Source of the DNA: Monocercomonoides exilis PA203
Lineage: Eukaryota; Protista; Preaxostyla
NCBI GenBank assembly: GCA_001643675.2
Contig: LSRY02000044.1
Span: forward strand, 682,001 to 746,000
Length of the DNA stretch: 64,000 nt
Direction of reading: 5' to 3'
The notes beneath the pieces are model-generated. The model ran no database searches. It worked only from the letters and a program-made list of their open reading frames with translations, and was not told where the DNA came from. Of the stretch, positions 1-12,096 are shown piece after piece. The first letter of the stretch is position 1. Each line of letters opens with the position of its first letter. The position numbers and the translations under genes were made by a program.

Positions 1-3000
1 TGTCATATTGTTAACAATGTTCCATCAAAATTTTTCCGTGTGTTATGAAAATTCAAAAAATTGTTTTTGTTATTTTTTAAAATTCTATCTGAATACAAAA
101 CACATCGGGGAAAATACGGACTTTCAAGCTTTTTATGCACAAAGTATGAAAAAAATGATTCACTTATATCATTATGAAACTCTTCATGATTTCAAAAATA
201 AATAGATTTTCATTTTTGAAAGAAAACGCCATTGATGAAATAACAAAATGTTTTGTGATCTCAGATGTATTTCAAAAAATAAACCCTTTTTTTTCAAATT
301 TAAAGATCACAAAAAGTTCATCGAAGGTGCATAATTTTTATTTGAAAATGCTTGAAGTCAAATATTTTGTCCCACATAATCTTTAATAATTTTCCCTTCT
401 GTTATAGATTATGTAATATAGAATAATAATGAGTTTAATTTTCATTTGGGCGATTATTTTTGAAATCATGTTTTTTCTAACAAAATTCTTGGTTTTAAAA
501 TTTCTAATGAATATTTACAAACGAACATTGAAAAGTTCAATTTTTTTTAAAAAAAGATATCTACATGGGTAATTATTTTTGGGATCATACTTTTTTTCGG
601 TGTAAGTTTAAGATTATGAAAAAACAGTTTTCAAACATCAAAAATGCTTTCAGGCATCATGAATAATATCAATCATCAACTTTCAAGTCAACAATTATAA
701 AAACAAATAGTTTTTATATGATTATTATTTGATGACCATTATAAAAAACGCAACTTGTTTGATATTTGTCTTTTTTGATGAAAAACAACTTTTACGGATC
801 GCACATATTACATGAATGTTTATAATCTATTATGATGATGTTGCGCTATCCAAAAGAATGCAATCATTTCAATTTGGAAAATTTTTGTCAAATGTTACTG
901 TTTTGTATAATCGTGAACAAAAATGAAAAACAAAATCACTTTATTGTTTGTTTCAAATATGCAGCAACACTATCCATTATTGTATCAAACTTTGCAATAA
1001 ATTGAGTGTCAGTTGTTTAAAATCTTATAATTCTCTCATTTAACCGAATGTTATTGTTGTTATAAAAGTTTCATTGAATTCCATATATTTCTCGTTTTCA
1101 TTTTTTCTTTTCTTTAAAACTGGCATTTTATTCTTCACAGTAATTATTGATTCGCAGTTTAAAAATGTTAATCATGTTTTTTTAAAAATTATAATTTGTC
1201 TGTGTTTCTAAGTCCAAAAGAAAAATTGTAACAATGTTGAATTTGACACTCAATTTATCTTATAAATTAATTGCAAACAGTTCTTTTCAAAGCGAGACAT
1301 TTTGAGATAATTTTACTCCATAAACAGTAAAAATAAAGTTCTCCTTATGATCGCATTTCTTTTTCTTTTCTTTTATCTCTCACTCTCTCTTTTTTTCTTC
1401 TCCTTCTTTTCTTCAGTGCCTTCCTTGGCCTTCTCTTCTTTTCTGTCTTTCGCTTCTTTCTCATGTTTCTCTTCTGGCTTTCCTTGCTAATCTTTTTCTT
1501 TTCCATCATCTGGGCTATTTCCTAAAATTACTTATCTTTTTGCTCTTCTCTCTTCCTCTTCTCTTTCTTTAATTTTTCTGTTTTCGCTTTCTCTCTCTCT
1601 TTTCAAGCCGCTCCACATGGTTTCCTTGATACACCTCCAGAAGCATCAATAACGATGATATTGAGTGCAGATCCTGCCAAATCGGTTGTTCAAGCCTCCT
1701 TTCTTCTTCCTCGCTTTCTCTCCCTGCCTCTCTTTCATCCCTTCTTCAATGGTTTCCATGAATCATCACAGAAAAAAAGTGGTGCACGTGGTGTGCTCAT
1801 CTGCACCTGGAAAATGAATAGTTTTGGTGGCAGAAGGCCAAGAAGTGTTTGTTGAAAATTTTATTGTTTTCCATTTTTGGAGAAAAGAAGGAAGTGAAAT
1901 TGTATCTTCGTTGGAAGGGCAGATGAAGCGAATTTGCGTGATGAGAGCGGCTTGAATAGCTGAGATGTCACGCAGGAGATGAGATAGGGAAATTGCATAT
2001 TCTGAAATGAGTCAAAAAAGTTCATGGATGAGAAAGAAGAAGAAGAAGAAGAAAAGTGATAACAACAAATATTTAAGTTGTTTCATGAAAGCACAAAATT
2101 ACTAATAAGAAAAACAAATATATTCTGATCCTTCAGTACATATATATAAAATAAAAAGTTTCGAAAATTACACTTAACAACTCCAAAAAAATGCTAATAT
2201 AACCAATCACGCATATTTCACATTTCTGTTCGTCTGTCTTTGCCACATCTCCTTTGAAATCCAGTCATAATGAGAAATACGTAAAAACTGAAAAGTCAAT
2301 CAAATTAACAGAAAACTTCTGAAGATGTTTGTTTTTGATGACCTCAAATTTGAAGCATCAGCAGAAGAAAAAGGAGAAGAAGAAGATATTGGATATGCCT
2401 GAGAAGTTTTACTGTTCGGGGAGCTCACAATCTGTGGCAGCTTATCGTTCTGAACAAACCCTTTGCTCTTCTCGTTCTCCTTCTTCAAAATCCTCTTTTT
2501 CTCTTCTATGCGTCTCCTTAACTCCGATTTCTAATTCAACTTCGCAGTCATCTTATCGCCTGTTTTTTCTCCTTCATTCAGCTTCCTCAGCTCCGCATGA
2601 AGTTTTTCCTTTTTCTTTTCTGTCTGCTCTTTCCTGAACCTCTTCAACTTCCTTGTCACTTTTAATAATTCTCCAGTCCACTTTGCCCTCTCCTGTTCCA
2701 CAAATTATAAAGAATAGTATCAGGTACTGCTTCATAACGGACACAAGCTCGTCCACGTGGGAGATTATCTCTTGAAAGTTGACAAGTTGAATTTTGTTGA
2801 CCAAACTGGTTTTTTCACCTTTAAGGAAAGATGTTGCCTTGGCTGCTCATAGATGATATTGAAAATTGAAAAAGTGGATGGAAGCGAGGTTGGATGAGAA
2901 ACGGTGTTCACTTATATGTCTTGTGGGATGCTTTTGCCGTTTGCGACTTCTGAGACACATCTGCAAAAGGATGAACTGTGACAATAATTTTTGAAGTATT

Positions 3001-5012
3001 TGACTTTTTTGCGTTCTTTGCATTCTCCTTATTCTCTCTCTGCATAATCTCTCGTTTGTGCTCCTCAATCATCATTCTCCTCTTTTCTTCGTTGTTCCAT
3101 TCCAGCTTTTTCATTTGCTCCTCAAAACGCTATTCCTCTTAGAATATCATCGTTAGCGATAGCATTGACAACAAGTGAGTCAAATGCAACGTAAGTTTCA
3201 TTTTGGAAAGTGCAAAAATATTGTGCCTTAACATAGGTTTATACATATAATGCTTCAGGTTCGTATCAATCTCCTTCTTCTCATGCATCTGCTGCTTTTT
3301 GGTCTTCAGCTTCTCCTCTCCATCATCCTCCTACAGCCACAGTTAGTCAACAAGATTCTTTTTTTCCACTTCTTGTTATGTTTGCTTCCACGAAGCCACT
3401 TCGATTGTCTTGTCGTCTTCTCTCCTTCTGCCTTTTTTCCGTTCGCTTTGCACCGACCGCAGTGCCCTCATCTCATTCACTGCCTCGTGGTGTTGTAGCT
3501 CGATTTCTGAGGACTTCTTCTTTTTTTTTCTCTTTCTTTATCATTCATTATTTCTCCTGAGCAATTTCTCAAATCGCATTGCACTCATCTCACGTTGTCG
3601 ATCTCTGTGAATGTCTTTCCTAACAATCTGACAGAGAAAATTTGAAAATCTTGACGAAAAAGGATTGACGCCTGCACCGTTATCGTATCGCTGATGCTGC
3701 AACATTAGATTGTTTTCTTCTTTGGAATGAAGAGGAGGAGGAAAATATAGGAGGAGGAGAAGAGGAGGAGGAGAAGAGGAGGAGGAGAAGAGGAGGAGTA
3801 GAAGAGGAAGGAGAAGGAAGAGAAGAAGAAGAAACCAGATTATTTGAGAATACAACTTAAGTTAGATCAGATGGAGAAGAAGAAGACGTTAAATTTCATT
3901 ATTGAAGTTGTCATAAGTGAACTTTACAAAGAAGTTGAACACTATCACTCACAAAACGGGAATTAAGTGACTTTCCTTGAAATTAATAATATTCAAATAA
4001 CATTTATTCTTATCATCAATAAAAGCAATTCAGATCACATATATGCAAAGAAAGAAAAAGAAAGAAAAATCTTTTTATGAATATTTGTGTAAATGCTCTC
4101 AAACAAAAAAACGAAAGAAGGATGAATAAAGCTTAATTAGCTTCATGATAAATCGAAGCTATATGATGTCAATAACAAACTTCGTTATTAGATTTTCGTT
4201 GATTTTTCTGTGATTTGAACATAATATTCAAAAGCCATGTTTTCAATTGGATGCTCATCTTTGGACTTTCCTTCGCTCTCTGAATTCTGTTCTTTTTTTT
4301 GGATTCTTTTTTCTCCGTTCCTTTCTTCGTTCATTTTCACTTCTTTCCTTATTAACAAAATATTCATCTTAGCATTCAAAATCTTCTTTGCATTTAAAAG
4401 TGAATTTCAAAAAATATTTTGGTCTATATTGAAGTGTAATTCATCATTTAGGCAATATTTATGAATCTTTGTCAGCGTTTTTTCGCGCTTCAAAAACGCT
4501 TCGCAGGCATTTCGATTTTCTAAAAAGAAAGCGTTACAGCAAATTGTTGAAAAGCAACAGTTGCATTTATAAATCATTCACAATTGATTTTTTAAACAGA
4601 ATATTTCATTGTTGCTATGAAAACAAACTTTATGAATTAGCTTTTTGATCAATGTCAATAGATAAATCATTCTATGATTTGCTTCTCAATTTCAGTTTAT
4701 ACAAATATTATCGTTAATTCAAAGCTAAATCAACGAGAGTTCTGGTTTTTTTTCTACGCACTTTAAATTACTAATCCAATCTGCTCTGAAAATGTGTAGA
4801 AAACTTGTGAATTATAATTCAATATTAACATAATACATTTCTTGATCTTTTCACTGAACAAAAGTTAATTGAAAAATGAATAATTTTAATAGAAAGCAAT
4901 GTGATACATAAAAATAAAACATCAAATGCCGACATTTGAAAAACAGAAAAAAATAAAACAAATGAAAAAAAGAATTTCAATATTGAAACGAATTTATTAA
5001 ATGATTGTCTAC

Positions 5013-5131
5013 CCTGGGAGGCTGATTCTGGACCCAAAGCCTTCAAGGGACTGTGCTGGACCGGTCACAGCACAGTCCCAGGACGGAATCAGCCTAGCCT
5101 CATTTATTTCGCTCAAGAGCGAAAATTGAGG
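5013..5131. other. GC-rich multi-hairpin element downstream of the transposase stop
   Basis: GGGACTGTGCTG(5047-5058)/CAGCACAGTCCC(5068-5079) encloses palindromic GACCGGTC. Outer stem AGGCTGATTC(5019-5028)/GAATCAGCCT(5086-5095). Second hairpin CCTCA..TTTCGCTC-AA-GAGCGAAA..TGAGG (5098-5131). Confidence 0.75.
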
Positions 5132-5255
5132 TACCAGAAAGCATTTGTTGGAAGCAAATACTTAATGGCTTGAGCAGCAGACGAATCAAAAAACGTCATT
5201 CGTTTCTATATAAAATTCAACAAAAACAAAATTACTCATCAAAAAGACCAGAACT

Positions 5256-8200
5256 TTAAAAACAAATTGTATCCAATTTTTCCCTATCATTTAATAATTT
5301 TCTTGTAGCATTCCCTATTTCAAACATTTCTGTTTTGCGAGAATATTTTTTAGAGGATTTTATCATCCTTTCATCTCTTATGCTTTTTTCAAGGAAGTTC
5401 ATTAACTCTTTTCCTCGGGAATCTTGTGGTGAACACACAGATCTGAAAATTTGATGACCTCGTTTCTCATAGAACAAATACGTCTTTATGGACTTCGCTT
5501 CAATTTTCCTCCATCGTATTTTATTTCCAGAAGAGTGTCTGAGTTAATAAAGAAATGAAGAAAATAAAAACAAAATTTACATAATTGCATCACACTTGAC
5601 AAAATATCGCGTTGTCTTTTGATAATTATCCGAGTTGTTATGGAGGGAATCATATGAGTCATCTGTATGGTCTTTCAGAAATTTAATAAGTTCATCAATA
5701 TTATTAAGTGAAGGTCCATTGGGCAAGTTATTTTTCACACAGTTTGTCAGATTCCCGAATTCTCCGTCACATTCACTTTTTCCATGTTTTTCACAGAAAA
5801 AGGAAAGAGTTGTTCGTTTGCCTTTGACGGGAGAAGAGTTGTCAGAAAGGAGAAAATGCATAAGCTGGGAATTCCGAAAGTGTGGCCCTGTATCACATGC
5901 AAAATGAAGAGTTTGCTTGTCTTTAACGATTTCATTTTCCAAAACTTGCTTCAAACATTCAATGGTGAAACGGTAGTCGTGAGAAAGAGCGTTTGAGAAG
6001 AAGTTAAAAATGTGCTTTTCTTTGTCTCCTTTCTTGTTAACAATGTAAACAATTACACAAAAATGTGTGATTTCCTCTTTTTCGTAATAATCTCGACTTA
6101 TTTGATTTTTGCAAATAGGAAGCGTCCAATTCTCTTTGAAATCGAACAAAACCAACGCTTCCGAAAATGAAATGTTCTTTTTGATTTTATGGAAGTGTTG
6201 ACGTTGATTTGACGCCAGAAAACGATGTTTTTCAATAAGTCTTATTGTTTGTTGCTCTTGATCATTCAATGTTTGTGATTTTGTTTTTAGATATTCTTCT
6301 TTTTTCTTCAGATGATTGAACATTTCACATAAGTTGCACAAGTCAGTTCGCCTGGAAGCCCTTTTAAGGTGTTTCGTCTTTTTGTAGAAAGAACTTTTTG
6401 ACATTTTAATATTCGTGGTTTCCATTAACTTTCTGAATAGCTGCGCTTTTGTTGAATTGATGATACGAACTTTTTGTTTTTTGATATGTGAATAAGAATT
6501 GTTTGGAGAACCATGAAAGAATGGATTATTGACGACTGCATTTTGTGAATCTTTATGTCGATTATTGTGAAGGGTTGAAAAGTATCGATTAGGATTTGTT
6601 GATCTGTTTTTTGTTTCTCTCAATTGGCTGGATGAAATCATTTCTGGAAAGAGAGATTGTTTTCCATTTGGTTTTGTAGATGCGGTTGAATTATGAGTGA
6701 GATGATTATTAATTGTTGTATTATTTGTTTCACAGTCTTTTGAGTTCGTTTGATAATTGCAATTAGAAGAAAACTCGTTAGAAAAAGGAAGAAATGAAGT
6801 ATCAATTTCAGATGTGATGGAACATCCGGAATGTCGATTTGATAAACCAAATAAGGTCGATTTTTTGTGGTGATTTTCTGACGAAGAATGGACATTAGTA
6901 ATTTCATCATCATATATTACTGAATGTGAAGTGGAATGATGTGGATTTGTCGTATTAGGATGAAGTGAATAATAAGGATCTTGTAATAAACCATTACAAT
7001 TAATGCAAACCGAACGAACATTTGTTTTCTTCTGATTCATTGATGAAATATTATTCGAAAAAGAACTTCCTTGATGTGATAGTCCCAATTGAAACAAATT
7101 TGGTGAAGCAATATCGGAAACAGGAATGCATCCACGATTCTCCTGAGAGTAAACAATCATAAACGGAATTGAACCTTTGTTTATGTGAGAGTTTGTTTCT
7201 GTTGTAATTTCATTATTAATGAAGGATATTTCTCCGTCGTTACAAATATACCAACAATCTTTGTATGATGCACATTTTGGGGATGGGCATCTGCTTCTAC
7301 ACATTGCATAAAAATGTCCGCAATCTTTCGATCCTCGATAAAACAGGACTGCTATCAATCGATAATTGTACATATTTTCTGAATAAAAAGGAAAAGCCTT
7401 AATTGTTTCTTCATTCTTAAAAAATGAAATTTGTAATGGAATGTTGTATATTTTCTTTTGATCAAATTTATCAGATTCAAGAGTGATTGTTAAAATATGA
7501 GGGAATTGAAGGATATTCATTATTGAATATTGATCTGTATTTTTCTGACATCTGAGACAAAAGGCCTCTCTGTTGTTTGTATTTGTTTGACCTGATGAGA
7601 ATGATTCATTAAATTCCGAAATGACATCTGAACCGTGAAGTCGAATTAATGGAGTTGATTCACAAATTCCATACTCATATGATCCACATTCACAACATTT
7701 TCTTGGAAATGATTGGTTCGTTCTCATTTGGTTTGCTAATGCTGGTGTTATACATATGAGATCCTGGTACATATTAAAAAATGTTTCATAACATTCTTGT
7801 TGTTCACCCTTTTTCAGTCCATGCCTTTTTTCCCAACATCTCACAAAAGGCAAGGACCAAGATTGTGGGACATTATCATTGTTTATGTTAACTGATAAAT
7901 CCAAAGGTTGGACAATGTCCAGCAAACGATGCAAATAGTGTGAAATCCTTCCTTTTCGAGTACAAAATCGTTCTGAGTGCAAATAAATAGAACGGAACAC
8001 TTGTAGCATTGCAGCGAGATAACAAGTGTTTCCCAGGTTTGGTAACGGACAATAAGTATTGTTTTCTCTCAGTGTTCCAGTTTGTGCAGCGTGCTGATGA
8101 TTCTGTGAACAGCATTCGATGATTGAGCTGCAAGAAGAAATTGGGCCTTGACTATTCTTTATCGAATTCTCATTGGTTTCGTTGGAATAATGCAGTTCTT

Positions 8201-9228
8201 CATTTTTTTCAATCTCCATATTATCTCCATTATTGATTTGTGATGCTAATTCTGATAAATCCAAATTTATTTCCGGTTCGAAGCAGCTTTCTTCATCCAT
8301 TTCACATTGAACATCCAAAAGCGAAATTTCATCATCGATCTCCATGTGAATGTATTCATTGTTTTTTGAATTGTTTGATTCTTCTGTTGTCTGCAAATAT
8401 TCGCTTCTTGTGTTGTTCTCTGTGAAATAATCATATAGAGGATCTTCATCTTCTTCCATTTCTTCACTGCAGTTGATGATTTTAAAATCATCATCTATTT
8501 CCATTGAAGATTCTGAAAGTGATAATTCTTCAACACTTTTAATTAATGAACCCAATTAGAAGACAAACTGTTATTTTGTTGTGACAACTTACAAATGCAT
8601 TTCGATGATTCGGTTGAATTTTCATTTATGAAATTAGTGAAAACTTTTTCATCTTCTGGTCTCATCTCTATAAAAATGTTTATATATGACAAAGAACAAA
8701 TTAAAGATGAACAGTTTCACATTTTTTTCAATAAAGAATTAGATCAAACTTCGTTTTGAGGGGGGAAGAGCAGCCTTTTTCGGAGTTTGAAAATCAAACG
8801 ATGTATACGAGCTATTGTCCTTTGCGTGATAATAGCTTCCATGAGAGCATTCAAAGCCCAAATCGATCAATTGCGATAGGGCATATTCCTGGCAAACACA
8901 TTTTAAAAGCGTCACTTTTGTATGAGGATTTTCTTCTCGATTATACGCAGACGCTAATCGCAAAATTACATATTGATTTCGATCTTCAGTAATCAAAAAT
9001 TTAAAAGAGTTTGACTAATATAAATATTAATACAAATAATAATAACAAACCGTTAAATATTTTTTGAATATGGGGAAATATTTTTTTACCCGTATTTGTA
9101 TGGAAAAACATGTACTTCAGCATTTCCACACAGTCATTTGCAGATTTGTTTGTTAGATACTCCCAAACATCTCTACATCTTTCGCTTTTCCTCGAGTTTG
9201 ATAAAAGAGAAAACTTGATTCGTTCCAT
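5256..9228 (-). mobile_element. Sola2-like DDD transposase gene (multi-exon) with inserted USP deubiquitinase domain
   Basis: The C-terminal part of the 992-aa ORF has DLCNLCE..H, LFDFKEN, SHD, CDTGPHFRN and FFCEKHGKSECDGEFG, matching the Sola2-type motif order as I recall it (DF.EN / HD / DG...(F/Y)KN / HGK..CDG.GG). In-frame GT-AG introns at 8984-9050, 8668-8749 and 5539-5595 join upstream exons and a last exon (5256-5538). The splice into the long ORF near 8513-8592 is ambiguous. No TIRs were found. Confidence 0.72.
7143..8045 (-). CDS. USP / peptidase C19 catalytic domain within the transposase ORF
   Basis: Cys box LPNLGNTCYLAAMLQ, QQEC.E motif, two CxxC pairs (CCEC, CLRC), His box YRLIAVLFYRGSKDCGHFYA and WYICNDG. 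The Cys/His/Asn-Asp catalytic residues are present. Confidence 0.85.
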
Positions 9229-12096
9229 GACTCAACAAAAAATAGTTTATTCTTTGTGATGACAAAGTTCCACAAATGGGATGATCTGCGAAATCTTTTA
9301 TTGTTAATAATTTTAACTTTTTAAAACGAACATCAATGTGTGGAAAATGAATAAAGAGCACATGTATTTTTTGAATTGATGGATATTGAACACTTTTCAA
9401 ATTTAAAGTATTAGATTTTATTAAACGTTTTCACTGAGAATTTTCTTAATTATTAGTTTATCCTGACAAATATTCCTTGAACGAAAGGGGAAAAAAATAT
9501 GTTTCTTCAGAACGAAAGGTTGCACCGATACAACTTTTGAATGAAACCAGGTTTGGTTGCTTCAAACGATTTTTATTTAAAGAAATGCAAATTTTCACAT
9601 ATTCTCCTTTTTATTCCCTTTTGTGTCATTTCAATTCGGCAAAAGTGAATTGCAGAGATTCCAATTTAAAAAGCAACAATTATAGAAAAAAATACTGGCT
9701 CTTGAAAAAGATGTGCTTATATATAACGATTTTCGACAAATAAATCACATGAATATATTTGCTCAATCAATTGCTGAAAATACATCCAATGTTTTCTTAT
9801 CAATCCACAGTTTTCAGGCACATTCAAATTCATTTGTTTGCTCATTTATGATTTTCTCTCCTTTGAATTAGTGCTTCTTTATACTTCATCTGCAACCAGA
9901 CATCCTCTAAGTTAAAAATTTCCTTAGGCTATAGAGAGAATATTCGAAAAACCTTACAGCGCAAACAAATTAATATTAAAAGTAGTTCACTCAGTGAGAG
10001 CAATGCTGAATGAGAGATCACCAAACAGATAAGAATGAATATTTGAGGAAGAAACGTGCCTAGAAGCAGTTATGCAGATGATAAAAAGCAAGAGATATCA
10101 AAACTTGATGAACGACATTATATGACTCCAACGAGTGCAGCTGAAGCAGGAAGGGAAGAACAATGAGGAAGGAAGAGAAAGAGATAATAGCAGAGAGGGA
10201 AAAGAGGAAGAAGAGAAAAAAAAGGAAATAAAAGAATTGAAGTTATATACCGAGATGAAAAGTCGAACAAAGTTGCTGGACATATATCGGAATATGGAAG
10301 AATTGAAAGTTTTGTCGAGTATTCACAAGAATAATGTGAAAAAGTTTTGATACTGTCTATTTATATGTTTTAGAAATGCTTTTAAGGGAAAGTTGAAGAA
10401 GATGTGATTGCAGAAGAAAATAAAGAAAAAATGGAGAAAAAGAGGAAGAAAAAGAAGCGATTAAACCGATAAATGAAACAGCAACGCATAAAAAAAGTTC
10501 GTTCAAATGAAAGTGGTGAACAGCAAAGCCAAAGAGAATGATCGAGAAGATCTGGATACATCGCAATCCATCAATTTCTTGATCTGATAAAAACATCGAC
10601 TTTTTGCATTTTAAAACATATGCTTTTATCAATGAAACTTTGGATTCATTCCTGTCGAATTTTTGGTAGTTTTCGCATGAAACAAGCGAAAATACAAGTT
10701 ATTCTCATTCATCATCATCGTCAACAATTGGCTCATTGCCTTATCATTACTCTTCGCCAAGCAACATGAATGCACGAAATTCTTCATTCACTTCTTTTTC
10801 TCCTTCTCCTTCCTCCTTCATCATCATCATCATCTTCTTCTTCTTATCAGCATTCTTCATCAACCATTTCACTCAACTCACATTTTCCTTCATCAAAATT
10901 CATTTTTCTTTCACAATTATCGAAAAAATACTTTTATCTACTATCATATTGCAACCTCATCTTCAAACAAACTTGTTTCTTCCTAAGCCAATATTGCTCA
11001 ATTGCAGAGCTTCAGCAGATAATTTTTTCACAACTCTTCCACAATCACGCTACTCTTTCATCTTCCATTCGACTATCATTCATTTCTGAGCTTCAGCTTC
11101 CTTTCAACTTTCAATCAACAGTCTATCTGTATCAAAATAATCATTCTAAAATGGCTGAACCAACTTCAAATTATTTATTCAACCTCAAAGGGTTCTGTGA
11201 AGCATTGTGTTTACAGTTGGAATTGCTCTCAATTTGTGATTAGAGTTTTGTTGCAAGAATTTGGTTTATTCTTGTTTACTGATTTTTTAATTGTTCTTTT
11301 CAAACTTATTGAATTTTTGGACATGTTAAATATCAAAATAGTCACAAAAAAATAAGCTTCAATGTTGATTTATGATCATTTGGATGCATTTTTAAAAAAT
11401 ACTAAAATAACAAATAAACAATTGAAAAGAGATATTCACAAAAGTCACAAATCACAAATCTGAACGATCAATAAAACAAATGAAATGGCATATGCATGAG
11501 TAGTCAATTTTATTGTTTATACTGTACACTCCTCGAAAGAACTGAAGAAATCTGATATACACTTGTAAACTTTATTGATGTTTACTTAGTCAAATACAAA
11601 CATTCTGTTATGTCTCCTTTTATTTTGCAATCAATAAAATCGGAATTTTATGAATATTAACTCTACAAAGTTCGATATCATCCAATTTGCAATGATATTT
11701 CAAAAAAAGAAAAAAAGAAAGAAAAAGAAAAAGGAAAACACAACGAAGTTTCATCATTTTGATGTGAATAACTTCATCAACTGTTTAAACTTTCTGATGC
11801 GAAAATTGAAGAAATCAAAGTGAAGCTTGTTGGTCAACTTTTAAAAAATTATCTCACATCTCTTACACATTTTTATTTCAGGAAAACAGCACAGCATTAT
11901 TCTTGTCATTCTATTTTTTTTTTTGACTTCGTCTTATCCAACTGAAGCAGAACGTAGATCTTCTTCTCCATTCAGGAGGCAGAGCAGCGAAGAGAAGAAA
12001 GCGGAAGGAGATGACAAGTAATTATCGTCTTCATCTTCGCCTGCAATTAACTCTTCGTATGCGTCTGCGGTGGCGTCATACACGTCTGTAGCAGCG

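Noticed and set aside
1320-4400. Short ORFs and possible gene fragments
   Set aside because: Low-complexity purine/pyrimidine tracts with stops and frameshifts; no family recognised.
4474-4500. Small hairpin AGCGTTTTT/AAAAACGCT
   Set aside because: A 9-bp stem that is mostly A/T can arise by chance at this composition.
5047-5097. Helitron 3' end (hairpin followed by CTAG), SECIS or hammerhead ribozyme
   Set aside because: CTAG is followed by C rather than the expected T and no Rep/helicase is present. There is no in-frame TGA or SECIS core, and no CUGAnGA/GAAA hammerhead core.
4400-9950. Terminal inverted repeats for the Sola-like element
   Set aside because: Only weak AT-rich matches between the two flanks were seen by eye, so element ends are not called.
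10050-11250. Glu/Lys-rich and Ser-rich ORFs
   Set aside because: Compositional artefacts or unrecognisable relics; no supporting motifs.
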